Source of the DNA: Alphaproteobacteria bacterium
Lineage (GTDB): Bacteria > Pseudomonadota > Alphaproteobacteria > SP197
DNA: 64,000 nt
Assembly (NCBI GenBank): GCA_964291265.2
Contig: OZ219747.1
Location: forward strand, 3,264,001-3,328,000
Direction of reading: 5' to 3'
This document shows positions 21,033 to 31,934 of this stretch, in pieces. The notes under the pieces are model-generated. The model had not been told where the DNA came from. It did no database searches and worked only from the letters and a program-made list of their open reading frames with translations. Made by a program: the position numbers and the translations under genes. Numbering within the stretch: the first letter of the stretch is position 1; the number at the start of each line of letters is the position of its first letter.

Positions 21033-22166
21033 ATGAGCTGGCGAATTCTGATCGGTCTGGTTGCCACTGTCTTGCTGTCCGCGCCGCTAGCGGCATTCGA
21101 GATCTCGGCGCGTGAGGCCATCCTCGTCGACGAGACGACCAACACCGTTCTCTTCCAGAAGAATGCCGACGTTCCGACCGAACCCTCCTCGATGACCAAG
21201 CTGATGACGGTGTACCTTCTGTTGGAGAAGCTGGCGTCGGGATCGCTCGCTCTCGACGATACCCTGCCCGTCAGCGAGAAGGCGTGGCGCAAGGGTGGGT
21301 CGAAGATGTTTGTCGAGGTTGGCGACAGCGTGATGGTCGAAGACCTGTTGCGGGGGATCGTTGTCCAGTCAGGCAATGATGCGTCGATCGTGGTTGCAGA
21401 GGGACTTTCCGGATCCGAAACCGCGTTCAGCGAACTCATGACGCAACGCGCCCGGGAACTCGGCATGAACGACAGCACGTTCCGCAACTCTTCCGGCTGG
21501 CCCGAAGAGGGGCATGTGACAACCGTGACCGATCTAGCCCTCCTGGCAAGCCGGACGATCAGGGATTTTCCTCAATACTATCACTACTACTCCGAGACGG
21601 AATTCACCTACAACGACATCCAGCAGACCAACCGGAACCCGCTGCTTTACACCGGAATCGGCGCTGACGGTCTCAAGACCGGCTACACCCGCGCGGCCGG
21701 ATACGGCCTCACGGCCTCCGCGGTGCGAGGAGACCGTCGACTGATCCTCGCCGTCAACGGATTCGGGAGTGCCGCGGCCCGGTCGCAGGAGTCCGAGGCC
21801 ATCATCGAGTGGGGATTCAGGGAGTACGATACCTTCCATCTCCTTGATTCCGGTGTCGAAGTGGGTCGGGCCAGGGTCTGGCTCGGCGATTCTGACTCGG
21901 TGCCGCTTGTTCTGGCAGACAATCTGGTTGTCACGCTGCCTCGAGCAGCGCGGGACTCGCTCGATGCCCGCATCGTCTACGAAGGACCGGTGCCGGCACC
22001 GATCGCGGAAGGTCGAGAGGTCGCCCGCCTCGTGATCGAGGCGCCGGGAGTGGAGAGCATCGACAAGCCTCTGCTGGCCGGCAGTGACGTCGGGAAACCC
22101 TCCCTGCTGCTGAGAATGGCGACGGTTCTGGGTTATCTGCTCTTCGGCGATGCGGGCGCTCCTTGA
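21033..22166 (+). CDS. dacA: D-alanyl-D-alanine carboxypeptidase (PBP5/6)
   Basis: SMTK, SGN and KTG motifs; signal peptide. Confidence 0.9.
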   Translation: MSWRILIGLVATVLLSAPLAAFEISAREAILVDETTNTVLFQKNADVPTEPSSMTKLMTVYLLLEKLASGSLALDDTLPVSEKAWRKGGSKMFVEVGDSVMVEDLLRGIVVQSGNDASIVVAEGLSGSETAFSELMTQRARELGMNDSTFRNSSGWPEEGHVTTVTDLALLASRTIRDFPQYYHYYSETEFTYNDIQQTNRNPLLYTGIGADGLKTGYTRAAGYGLTASAVRGDRRLILAVNGFGSAAARSQESEAIIEWGFREYDTFHLLDSGVEVGRARVWLGDSDSVPLVLADNLVVTLPRAARDSLDARIVYEGPVPAPIAEGREVARLVIEAPGVESIDKPLLAGSDVGKPSLLLRMATVLGYLLFGDAGAP

Positions 22167-22795
22167 GGCGGGGCCGGCTGATCACCCTTGAAGGCGGAGA
22201 AGGAACCGGCAAGTCGACCCAGGCCCGGCGTCTGGCATCATGGGTTTCCGTGAGATACGAGGTCGAGGTTGTGGTGACGCGTGAACCTGGTGGCGCCCCA
22301 GGCGCCGAGGCAATCAGGGAGTTGCTGATTGCCGGGGCTGCCGATCGATGGGATCCGGGAACGGAGGCTCTTCTTCATGTTGCGGCCCGGCGTGAGCATG
22401 TTCTCCGAACGGTCCGCCCGGCCCTTGCGGAGGGTCGCTGGGTGGTCAGCGATCGGTTCCTTGATTCAACGAGGGCCTACCAGGGCGTGGCGCAGGGCGC
22501 TGGCCTCGACTTCGTTGACAGTATCGGTCGTCTCGCCATTGGCATGTTGCGTCCGGATCTCACGTTCATACTCGATCTCCCGGTCGGGACGGGACTCGCG
22601 AGAGCCAGGACCCGTGGGCACACCAACCGCTATGAGCGCATGGGGGAAGCCTTCCACGAACGGTTGCGCAGGGCTTTCCTTGCCATCGCCTGCAAGGAGA
22701 CCGACCGCATCAAGGTGGTCGATGCATCGGGGAGCGAGGATGACGTGGCCGGCCGTCTCGAATCGGAGATATCGCTGAGATGGCCGATACCATGA
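22163..22795 (+). CDS. tmk: Thymidylate kinase
   Basis: ITLEGGEGTGKSTQ, TREPGG, DRFLDSTRAYQG. Confidence 0.95.
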   Translation: MRRGRLITLEGGEGTGKSTQARRLASWVSVRYEVEVVVTREPGGAPGAEAIRELLIAGAADRWDPGTEALLHVAARREHVLRTVRPALAEGRWVVSDRFLDSTRAYQGVAQGAGLDFVDSIGRLAIGMLRPDLTFILDLPVGTGLARARTRGHTNRYERMGEAFHERLRRAFLAIACKETDRIKVVDASGSEDDVAGRLESEISLRWPIP

Positions 22796-22850
22796 CGAGA
22801 GGCCGGAGTGACAGGGGAGGAGGCTCCTGCGAGTTCGGTCGCCAGATGTC

Positions 22851-23963
22851 ATGACGGACGATCCGGTCGACATCCGCAAGCATCCGGACTTCCCTGAACT
22901 CGAGGTTCCTGCTCCCTGGGCGAACGAAGGACTCATCGGACACGAGGCGGCCGAGCGCGAGCTTGCCGCTCGGGTGGCTGACGAGCGCATCGCTGGCGCC
23001 TGGATCATCGGTGGCAAGGCTGGCATCGGCAAGGCGACACTCGCCTGGCGCCTGGCCCGGCACCTCATGTGCGGTACGGGCGAGGACCTGTTCGGCGAAC
23101 CTTCGGCCACCCTGGATTTCGATGCAGGAGACCCCGCTGCAGCCTGGATTTCAGCGCGTTCACACGGTGACGTCCTTGCTGTCGGACCGTCCATGAATGA
23201 GCGGGGAAGACGCCGCCGGGAGGTCGTCATCGACGACGTACGCCGTGTCGGGCCCTTCTTCGCCCGGACGGCCGGCAACGATGGCTGGCGTGTCGTCATC
23301 ATCGACGACGCCGACCTGATGAACACGAATGCGGCCAACGCGGTTCTCAAGGTGGTGGAAGAACCTCCCCGTCGCGCGGTCGTGCTGCTCGTCTCCGCGA
23401 TACCGTCCTCGTTGTTGGCCACCATCAGATCCCGGTGCAGGAAGATCACGCTTTCCCCACTTTTGCGTGAACAGGTAAGTCTGTTGCTTGAACAATATCT
23501 GCCGAACCTGGCGGTTGAGGAAAGAGACGCCCTGGCGCAACTGTCAGGTGGCAGCCCAGGGCGCGCCCTGCTTCTGGCCGAGAAGGACGGTCTCGCACTC
23601 TATCGCGAGGTGATCAGCCTGATTGCCACGGCCCCGGACATCGATCCGGCGGCACTTCATCGTCTTGCGGAGCGTCTTGCCCGGCCCGGCGGCGAAGCAT
23701 CCTGGAACCTGGCGTTCGACTTCATCATGGACTGGTCCGCAGCGATCATTCGCAAGGCAACCACGGGCGAGGCCGCGCCTCCCGTTCTGCCGGAAGAGGC
23801 CGAGGCCATGGCGCGCATCGCCGATGACCCTGCCCTTGAACGCTGGATGGCCGTGTGGGAAAAGGTCGCGCACCTGCGCCTGACAGTTCAATCCTTCAAC
23901 CTGGATCGCAGGCAGTCCATCCTGTCGGTATTCGGTACCCTGCAGGCGGCTGTCAGGACCTGA
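22851..23963 (+). CDS. holB: DNA polymerase III subunit delta'
   Basis: GKAGIGKATLA, NAANAVLKVVEEPP, TIRSRC; tmk-holB-metG synteny. Confidence 0.92.
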   Translation: MTDDPVDIRKHPDFPELEVPAPWANEGLIGHEAAERELAARVADERIAGAWIIGGKAGIGKATLAWRLARHLMCGTGEDLFGEPSATLDFDAGDPAAAWISARSHGDVLAVGPSMNERGRRRREVVIDDVRRVGPFFARTAGNDGWRVVIIDDADLMNTNAANAVLKVVEEPPRRAVVLLVSAIPSSLLATIRSRCRKITLSPLLREQVSLLLEQYLPNLAVEERDALAQLSGGSPGRALLLAEKDGLALYREVISLIATAPDIDPAALHRLAERLARPGGEASWNLAFDFIMDWSAAIIRKATTGEAAPPVLPEEAEAMARIADDPALERWMAVWEKVAHLRLTVQSFNLDRRQSILSVFGTLQAAVRT

Positions 23964-24001
23964 GACGCCGTCATCCGTCAGGCGAGGGGAGCCATTGAGG
24001 C

Positions 24002-25543
24002 ATGCGCGACAAGTTCTACATCACGACACCGATTTACTACGTCAACGACAATCCCCACATCGGGCATGCCTACACCACGCTCGCCTGCGACGTGATGGCC
24101 CGCTTCAAGCGTCTCGACGGGTATGACGTGCTGTTTCTGACAGGGACCGACGAGCACGGCCAGAAGGTCGAGAGGGCGGCACGGGAGGCCGGCACCGATC
24201 CGGCGACATTCTGTGACGAGGTTTCGGAGAATTTCCGCAACCTTGCCCGGGAATGGAACTTCTCGAATGACCAGTTCATCCGGACGACCGAGCAGCGCCA
24301 CATCCGCTCTGTCCAGACGTTGTGGCGGCGCCTTGAAGAGGCCGGCGAAATCTATCTCGGAACCTACGAGGGCTGGTATGCCATCCGCGATGAGGCGTTC
24401 TATACGGAGGACGAGCTTGGCGTGGATGGCGCAGGCCGCAAGGTGGCGCCATCGGGCGCTCCGGTGGAGTGGGTGAAGGAGCCGAGTTACTTCTTTCGCC
24501 TGTCAGCCTGGCAGGACCGCCTGCTGAAGCTCTACGCGGACCGTCCCGACTTCATCATGCCCGAAGCGCGACGCAACGAGGTGGTGAGTTTCGTCCGCGG
24601 CGGACTCGACGACTTGTCGATTTCCCGTACGGGCTTCACCTGGGGAATCCCCGTTCCAGGCGATCCCCGGCATGTCATGTACGTGTGGATCGATGCTCTG
24701 GCAAACTACATCACGGCGGCCGGATATCCAGATGATTCGGGCGGGTCATTCGGGTCCTGGTGGCCCGCCATGCACATGGTCGGCAAGGACATCCTTCGAT
24801 TCCACGCGGTGTACTGGCCGGCCTTTCTCATGGCTGCAGGAATCGACGTGCCATGCCGAGTCTTTGCCCATGGATGGTGGACCAGCGAGGGCAGGAAGAT
24901 CTCCAAGTCCCTGGGCAATGTCATCGTGCCCTCCGAGATCGTCGCCCGCTACGGACTTGACCAGGTCCGCTACACGCTGATGCGTGAGGTGAGTTTCGGC
25001 AATGACGGTGACTTCTCGCATCGCGGCGCCATGTTGAGGTGCAACCATGACCTGGCCAATGACTATGGCAACCTGGCACAGCGGGTGCTGAAGATGATCG
25101 CCCGAAACTGCAAGGGAAAGGTGCCGTCGCCAGGCACGCTTCACGATCAGGACCGCGAGCTCCTTGCACGGGGAAGGGGCCTCGTCACGCGCCTGCGCCG
25201 GCACGTGGACGTTCAGGCTTTCCAGTTGATGCTGCGGGATATCTGGGAGGTCATCGGCGCTGCCAACCGCTACATTGATGGCGAGGCGCCATGGAAACTG
25301 AAAGATGCGGATCCGCAACGCATGGAGACCGTGCTCTACTGCACCGCCGAACTGATCCGCATCCTTGCCCTGCTGACCCAGCCCGTGATGCCGGGCTCAT
25401 CGGCCCGGCTCCTCGACCAGCTCGCCGTTCCCGGCGACGGGCGCGACTTTGCCTCGATCGACGAGGCACACAGCCTGCGGCCCGGCTGTCCGTTGCCGGA
25501 ACCCGAGGGTGTGTTTCCGCGTCTCGCCGAGGATGTCCCATGA
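24002..25543 (+). CDS. metG: Methionyl-tRNA synthetase
   Basis: FYITTPIYYVNDNPHIGHAY, GKDILRFH, KISKSLGN. Confidence 0.96.
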   Translation: MRDKFYITTPIYYVNDNPHIGHAYTTLACDVMARFKRLDGYDVLFLTGTDEHGQKVERAAREAGTDPATFCDEVSENFRNLAREWNFSNDQFIRTTEQRHIRSVQTLWRRLEEAGEIYLGTYEGWYAIRDEAFYTEDELGVDGAGRKVAPSGAPVEWVKEPSYFFRLSAWQDRLLKLYADRPDFIMPEARRNEVVSFVRGGLDDLSISRTGFTWGIPVPGDPRHVMYVWIDALANYITAAGYPDDSGGSFGSWWPAMHMVGKDILRFHAVYWPAFLMAAGIDVPCRVFAHGWWTSEGRKISKSLGNVIVPSEIVARYGLDQVRYTLMREVSFGNDGDFSHRGAMLRCNHDLANDYGNLAQRVLKMIARNCKGKVPSPGTLHDQDRELLARGRGLVTRLRRHVDVQAFQLMLRDIWEVIGAANRYIDGEAPWKLKDADPQRMETVLYCTAELIRILALLTQPVMPGSSARLLDQLAVPGDGRDFASIDEAHSLRPGCPLPEPEGVFPRLAEDVP

Positions 25544-26325
25544 TGCTTGTCGACAGCCACTGCCATCTCGATTTCCCCGACTTCGCCGATGAGCTCGACG
25601 ATGTCGTCGACCGGGCCCGGGACGCCGGCGTTTCGGTCATGCAGACGATCTCGACGCGCCTCAGCCGCTTCCCGGAGGTGAGGGCGATCGCCGAGAACCA
25701 TGACGGCATCCACTGTTCAGCCGGAGTCCATCCCCACCATGTTGCCGAGGAAGGGATCTGGCCGGCATGCGAGATCGCGGCTCTCGCCGATTGTCCGCAC
25801 GTCATCGGCATCGGCGAGACCGGACTTGACTACCACTATGACAACAGCCCGCGCGAGGCTCAGCGACAGAGCTTCAGGGAACATGTCCGGGCGTCACGCA
25901 GCACGGGTTTGCCGCTCATCGTCCACACCCGGTCGGCCGACGAGGACACCATGGCGATCCTCGAGGAAGAAACGGAAACGGGCGGTTCCTTTCCGGGTCT
26001 CATTCACTCATTCAGCGCCAGCCGGGATCTCGCGGTGCGCAGTCTCAGGCTGGGCTTCTCCATCTCGATTTCAGGGATCGTGACATTCAGGAACGCTTCG
26101 GACCTGCGCGACATCGTCAGGGACATTCCTGGGGAGCGCCTCCTGGTGGAGACTGATGCACCGTTCCTGGCTCCCGTGCCGAAACGCGGCAAGCGCAACG
26201 AACCGGCACTGGTCGTTCACACGGCCCGCTGCCTTGCCGGGCTGAAGGGTGTTTCCGAAGGCGATCTTGCCGCCATCACGACCGACAACTTCTTCCGCCT
26301 GTTCCGCGCCGCACACCGGCCATAA
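25540..26325 (+). CDS. tatD: TatD family deoxyribonuclease
   Basis: DSHCHLD, GVHPH, IGETGLDY, VHTR, ETDAPFLAP; ATGA overlap with metG. Confidence 0.93.
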   Translation: MMLVDSHCHLDFPDFADELDDVVDRARDAGVSVMQTISTRLSRFPEVRAIAENHDGIHCSAGVHPHHVAEEGIWPACEIAALADCPHVIGIGETGLDYHYDNSPREAQRQSFREHVRASRSTGLPLIVHTRSADEDTMAILEEETETGGSFPGLIHSFSASRDLAVRSLRLGFSISISGIVTFRNASDLRDIVRDIPGERLLVETDAPFLAPVPKRGKRNEPALVVHTARCLAGLKGVSEGDLAAITTDNFFRLFRAAHRP

Positions 26326-26352
26326 TGTTCCATAATATACCTTATGCGACTT
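26325..26352 (-). other. dif-like XerCD chromosome dimer resolution site
   Basis: Minus strand AAGTCGCATAA-GGTATA-TTATGGAACAT: 11-6-11 layout with CGCATAA / TTATG arms, resembling alphaproteobacterial dif. Confidence 0.78.
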
Positions 26353-27816
26353 TTATTCGACCGTTACCGCACAGTCTCCTCGGATCGAGGCCGTCGTCGA
26401 GGCTGCCTCGCACTGTTGAACGGCGCGTTGTGGTGTTGTCGTCGGTGCAGGTGAGAGCCATTGCTGAAGAGTCGAAAGCGGAGCCATTTCTTCACGTACT
26501 CAAAGTGAGCTCGCCTTGCTGCACGGGGCACAGCACTTCCATACAAGGTGCGCCAGCCACAAGGGTCAGGTTGGGTGCGAGACAAGCGAAGTCCACAGAC
26601 ACGCTGTTTGACTGCATGTTGGAAGGGTTATGAACGATACAACGGACCATGACGTGCCAACGCATACCTTGCGTTGGAGCGTCGATGGGGAAGTTGGGGA
26701 ATGTGAGTGACCCGCCGCCATCGTCATCGTGCGCTGCGGCGGAGTAAGCGTTCGGCCGTGCGGTGATGGCTGATTTTGGTTGGTTTGGGGCTTGCTGACT
26801 ATTGTCTGAGAAAGGGCTGGTAAATCGGTCTGGTCTCGATTATGGTCGGGGCCATGGAGACTTTCGACGAGACGTGCGGAGAGGCACAGCAGCTGACGGG
26901 AGGTGGCGACGGCCTATGTCTGTCGCCAGCGGCCTTGTCATGCGAGGCGCCTGACTGGCGTGCGCTCTATGAGGCGGAGCGGGTTCGTGCGGATGCGGCG
27001 GAAGCGAGCATGCGTGACCTGCGCTGTGCGGAGATTGACGCCCGTGCCCGTGCGGACACATTGCAGTTTGATCTCGACCACACTCGTGATGAGCTGGAGG
27101 CGGCTCGTGCGGACCTGGAGGCGGCTCGTACGGAGGTGCAGCAGGGACAGGACCTGGTGGAGGCGCTGGAGCAGGAAAGGGACGCTCTGAAGAGCCAGAA
27201 CGCTAAACAGAAGAGCGAGCTGAGGAAGCTGCGCGGGACGCGTGACAAGCACGCGAAGGCGCGCTTCGGGTCGAAGAGCGAGAAGCGGAAGAAGAAAGGC
27301 ACCGGGAACAAGCGGGGTCAGCAACCTGGCAAGAGCGGCCACGGGCGCACCCCGCGTCCGAAGCTTGAGGAGAAGCACGAGCGCCATGATCCACCGGCAT
27401 CGCAGCGCACGTGCCCGTGTTGCGGCGAGCCCTATGTGGCCAACGGCAGCCACGAGACCTCGATCATGGAGGTCCATGTCAAGGCTCATGTCCGGCGGAT
27501 TGACCGTGGGCGTTGGCGCCGTGGTTGTCAGTGTTCGTCGGCGCCTGGGGAGATCATCGCGCCGCCACCTTTGCGCTTGTTTGCGAATACCCCCTACGGC
27601 AACAGTGTCTGGGCATGCGTGCTCTATGAGCGCTTCGCCTGCTTGCGTCCCCTGCGCCGGGTCTCGCGATGGCTCAAGGACCAGGGACTGCCGATGGCGC
27701 CGGGAACAATCGCTGGCGGCATGAAGAAGATGACGCCGATGTTCGCGCCTCTCGCTCAGGCCATCCTCGATCATCAGAACCGGCTGACGGTGCGCCACGG
27801 CGACGAGGCCAGCTGG

Positions 27817-29735
27817 GTCGCGGTAGGGATGCGCATTGCTGCGCACCCCCCGCACAGATCCGGACATGGACGTTAATCCATCCGGCTCCTACCTCGGGTG
27901 CTTGACGGTAAACCGCTGGTCCGGCCATGGGTGGCGGATGGAGACGCGCGGCCAAAGAAGCTCGGTCATGCGCTCCAATCGCTTCCAGTCAAAGCAGTGG
28001 CGCTGGGAGCGGCGGCGGATCGCTCGCAGCCATAGGCGTTGCAGCCTTTGGCGGAACGTGCGCAGCCATCGGGTCGACCCCGGAACGGCGAAGTAGTTGG
28101 ACCAGCCATTGACAACTCGCCCAAGCCACATGCCGACCTCCCATATGTCGTGATGCCGTCGATTGCGAAGCACCTCCTCGATGCGCGCCAGGGTCCTTGC
28201 GACCCGTTTTGCGACCGGCTTGCGACCAAGCCTGAAGCGTCCTCTCCGGGTCTCCGTGCAAAAGTGCGTGAAGCCCAGGAAGTCGAACGTCTCCGGCCTG
28301 CCCGCCCCGCGAGATCGCCGGTTCGCCTTGGCAAACCGTCCAAACTCAACGAGACGGGTCTTGTCCGGGTGAAGGGTGAGACCAAAGCGGTCCAGCCTCT
28401 CCCGAACGTCGCGAAGGTATGTCTCCGCATCCCGCTTATGCTGGAACCCGACCACAATATCGTCCGCGTAGCGGACAATGATCGCTTCACCGTTCGGAAC
28501 CTTCGGACGCCATGCCTTGTGAAACCACAGATCGAGCACGTAGTGCAGAACCACGTTCGCCAGGCAGGGGCTGACAATGGCGCCCTGAGGCGTGCCCGCA
28601 CCGGTGTCGCTCCATGATCCGTCGGTCATGACGCCAGCGTTCAGCCACTTGCGGATCAGACGGATCACCCGCCTGTCGCCAATGCGATGCTCCAGGAACT
28701 TGATCAACCAATCCCTCGGGATTGTGTCGAAGTACCCCTGAATGTCCGCGTCGACTATCCAGTTGACCTTGCGCCGCTCGATCCCGAACGCCAGGGCGTC
28801 GAGAGCGTCATGCGCCCCTCGGCCCGGTCGGAACCCGTAGCTGAAGCCAAGGAACTCCACCTCATAAATCGGTGTCAGGATCACATCCACAACCGCCTTC
28901 TGGACGATCTTGTCCTCCAGTGCGGCAATCCCGAGCGGTCGTGTCCCGCCGTCCGGCTTGGGTATCTCAACCCGCCGAACCGGCGGCGCCCGGTACGCTC
29001 CCCCACGATGCAGGCGCGAGTGCAGATCAAGCAAGCGCTCGTCCAGACCCTCGCCATACGCCGCCCACGTCACGCCGTCGACACCTGCCGAGGCTTCCTT
29101 CTTCAAACCGAAGTAGGCCGCCCGGAGCGCGTCCGGCGTAATGTGATGGAAGAGTGCAGTGAGACGCTCCTTCGGGTTCCTCTCTGCAGCTTCCCGTATC
29201 CGGTCCGCCGCCTGTGGCACACTTGCCCGACACTGCGTTCGGTGCGTGCTTTGGCGTCCCGGATTCCCCTTGGTTGAGGCCCTTTCCTCCAGCGACTCCG
29301 CAGAAGCTGACGCTCCCTTGTTCGCCGCCTTCACCGGTCTTACGGCCCCATCCGACTTCTTCAAACCGTTCCTCATAGGCTTCGGCTTTCTCCTTTCCCT
29401 ACACGGTCCCGCCACGACAGGCGGGATAGTTCGAAGACCTCCCAGGGTCCCAACAGAAGGCGTGCGGACGTGCATGGGTTCTCCGACACCGCGGGGCTCG
29501 CCGACATCTCACCAAATCGATGCCTGCGATGTTGCCTTCGACCGATGCGAAAGCCTCGGCACCCCGAACAACGGACTTTTCGGTGCTCATTAGCCCTGCC
29601 CATCCGTACCGCTACCGACGCTTCGCCTGCCCCCTCGCGGGAACCGACGCACGGCTCGCGGAGAAACGTGGTTTGGTTACTCCTTCGTTTCAGGGGACTT
29701 TCACCCCCTGCCTTCCGCCAGTTCGCCTGGCACAC
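27817..29735 (-). mobile_element. Group II intron (1919 bp), antisense to tnpC
   Basis: 5' end GTGTGCC at 29735; DV GAGCCGGATG...CATGTCCGG; DVI ending CCCTACCGCGAC at 27817; removal restores DEASWR. Confidence 0.92.
27889..29376 (-). CDS. ltrA: Group II intron reverse transcriptase/maturase lacking an endonuclease domain
   Basis: GVDG, IPKPDGGTRPLGI, SYGFRPGR, ADIQGYFD, GTPQG, RYADD, FDFLGF, domain X. Confidence 0.95.
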   Translation of the reverse strand: MRNGLKKSDGAVRPVKAANKGASASAESLEERASTKGNPGRQSTHRTQCRASVPQAADRIREAAERNPKERLTALFHHITPDALRAAYFGLKKEASAGVDGVTWAAYGEGLDERLLDLHSRLHRGGAYRAPPVRRVEIPKPDGGTRPLGIAALEDKIVQKAVVDVILTPIYEVEFLGFSYGFRPGRGAHDALDALAFGIERRKVNWIVDADIQGYFDTIPRDWLIKFLEHRIGDRRVIRLIRKWLNAGVMTDGSWSDTGAGTPQGAIVSPCLANVVLHYVLDLWFHKAWRPKVPNGEAIIVRYADDIVVGFQHKRDAETYLRDVRERLDRFGLTLHPDKTRLVEFGRFAKANRRSRGAGRPETFDFLGFTHFCTETRRGRFRLGRKPVAKRVARTLARIEEVLRNRRHHDIWEVGMWLGRVVNGWSNYFAVPGSTRWLRTFRQRLQRLWLRAIRRRSQRHCFDWKRLERMTELLWPRVSIRHPWPDQRFTVKHPR

Positions 29736-31364
29736 CGCATCCCCCTCCCTCAAGGCCTCGGGGCGCTCGCAGAAGGCCTGGCTGTGGACCGCGGTCAGCG
29801 CCAACTCCGTCTTCTTCCTCATCGATCCGTCACGCAGCGCCCGGGTGGCCATGGTGCTGTTCGCCTCCACCAAAGGTGTCGTCTTCCTTGTCGTCGACCG
29901 TCACGCGGCCTACAAGAAACTGGAGCGCGTGCTCGATGGCAAGGTGATCCTCTGCTTTTGCTGGGCGCACTCCAGGCGCGATGTGATCGAGGCTGCGGCA
30001 GGCCAGGAGGGGCTGGAAGAGTGGTGCGACAGGTGGCTCGACAGGATCGCGCTGATCTACACACTGAATGGGCAACGGCTGAAGCACTACGATCCCGCAC
30101 GGAAGCGTCAGTCAGCGAGGTTCAATGCCCTGCAGAAGGACCTCCGTGCGGCCGTCGAGGCGCTGTTCAGGCAGGCTCAGGAGGAACTCGACGCCTTGCC
30201 CGAGTGCGTCTTTGTCGACCATCCCCAGGTGCCCATGGACAACAACCTGGCCGAGAGAACCCTCCGGGGTGCGGTGACCGCGAGAAAGCTGAACTTCGGC
30301 TCCGACAGCGAGGAGGGCGCCGCCTTCACCGCCATCATGTACTCGGTCATCGGCACCCTTGCCATGAACAACATCAATGTTCGGCGCTGGCTTCATGAGT
30401 GGCTTGAGGCCTGCGCGCAGAACGGCGGCAAGCCGCCGGATGACCTCGACCCGTGGCTGCCATGGTCGATGAGCCCGGAGCGCCGACGGGACCTCACGGA
30501 ACCGGGGTGATCGAGTGCCGTTACTACGGCCGTGACTTCACCGCGCACGAGATGGAGCTGTTGCGCTCCCTGATCACCCAGCACCCCACCCGTGCGGCCA
30601 TCGCCCGCGCCTTCTGCCGCGAGACCGGCTGGTACAAGCCCGACGGCGGCCTCAAGAACATGATGGCGAGTGTCACCTTCCTGGCCATGCACCGCGACGG
30701 CCTCATCACCCTGCCGCCACCCAAGCACCCGCCGGTCCGGCCCAAGCCCATCGTCTTCGGACCCGACAGCGAACCGCCACGCAGCGCGCCTCCCACAACC
30801 CTCGACGAGGTCCGCCCCCTTGCCGTCTCCATCGTCACAGGCGGCACCCGGGAAGGAAAGCTGTGGAACGAGTTCGTCGCCCGCTACCATTATCTCGGCT
30901 ACACGAGACTGGTCGGAGCCCAGATGCGCTACGCCTTCCATGATCGCAACGGAGCGCCCGTCGCCATGCTCGGCTTCTCCACCGCCGCCTGGAAAATCGC
31001 CCCGCGCGACACCTTCATCGGATGGACACCCGAACAGCGGCAGAAGAACCTGCCGCTGGTGGTCGATAATCCAAGGTTCTTGATCATGCCGTAGATGCCA
31101 TCATAACACCCCATCTCGCTTCAGGGTTGATTTATAACGATTTTCCATTTCGCCTCCTGTGTCAACGGCGTTTTGCCCCGCGTTTTTGCCCCGGTTCGCG
31201 GAGAATCGTCCTTCCCGATGTCTGTCGGCCCCCATGTCTGGCAAGGTTTTTGCGGGTATTCGGGATGATGTGTTCTGTGGTTGTCCACGTGCGGTCCGGG
31301 GTTCTGCCTTGCCGATGTCCTTGCCCTGCGAGCGAGGCGACATGCAGCCTGTGCTTCCGGTGGT

Positions 31365-31619
31365 ATGAGCGGGTTGCCGTCCATTGACCACGGTAACGTT
31401 ACCGGTGAATGCGGTCGCTTTGCCGCCAGCGCTCCCGGACATGGTAACGTTACCGTGTTCAATGGGGTTCCAGGTGTCATGGGTCCCGGCGGCATGAGCG
31501 GGTTGCCGTCCATTGACTACGGTAACGTTACCGATGAGCGCGGCCACCTCGCCGCCCAGCGTCCCCGGGCATGGTAACGTTACCGTGTCCAAGGGGGTTC
31601 CAGGTGTCATGGGTCCCGT
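31365..31619. repeat. Two tandem ~129-bp units, each a long inverted repeat built on the palindrome GGTAACGTTACC
   Basis: Palindrome at 31392, 31443, 31521, 31573; unit starts ATGAGCGGGTTGCCGTCCATTGAC at 31365 and 31494. Confidence 0.92.
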
Positions 31620-31934
31620 CCACAAGCCGCGCGGCGGTTCGATGTCCTTGAGGGCCTCGATGTCGGCCTCGACGATGATCTGCAGACGTTCTCCACAAGC
31701 CGTGTCGCGCAGGGAGTCGGGGAGACTGTCGAGACAGTCCTGATCATGCTCCTGCCATGCACCGAGCTCGGCCGCCGCATCGCGCCAGCGTTGCGCACGG
31801 GAGCGGCACTCGCAGGACTTTCGCTGGTGGACGGCAGGGATGCCGTATCTCTCGGCCTGCTCCGGATCACGGGGATGGAACCCGGTCATGCAAGCCGCTG
31901 CACGGACGGCCATGCAGCCTCGCCGGGCGGTCAC
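31607..31934 (-). pseudogene. Small accessory protein of the recombinase element, probably frameshifted near its end
   Basis: RSRAQRWRDAAAEL...LDSLPDSL...IEPPRG then GRDP* in another frame; GTGA overlap with the recombinase stop. Confidence 0.55.

Larger units (their letters stand above)
26842..30510 (+). pseudogene. tnpC: IS66 transposase split by a group II intron (exons 26842-27816 and 29736-30510) with a +1 frameshift
   Basis: Coiled coil, FGSKSEK, CPCCG, HGDEASW|RI, AWLW, VDRHAAY, CWAHSRR, DNNLAERTLR; extra C in the C5 run at 29741-29745. Confidence 0.9.

Noticed and set aside
27889-29376. Retron, DGR or defence RT
   Set aside because: The RT has YADD and domain X and lies within clear group II intron boundaries; no template/variable repeat pair was seen
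31101-31606. GNVT-repeat protein extension of the 277-aa ORF
   Set aside because: GNVT is simply the translation of the DNA palindrome on either strand; the natural gene appears to end at 31607
31365-31619. CRISPR array
   Set aside because: Only 12-bp repeats, alternating 51/78/52 spacing, intervening sequences are homologous to each other, and no cas genes are present
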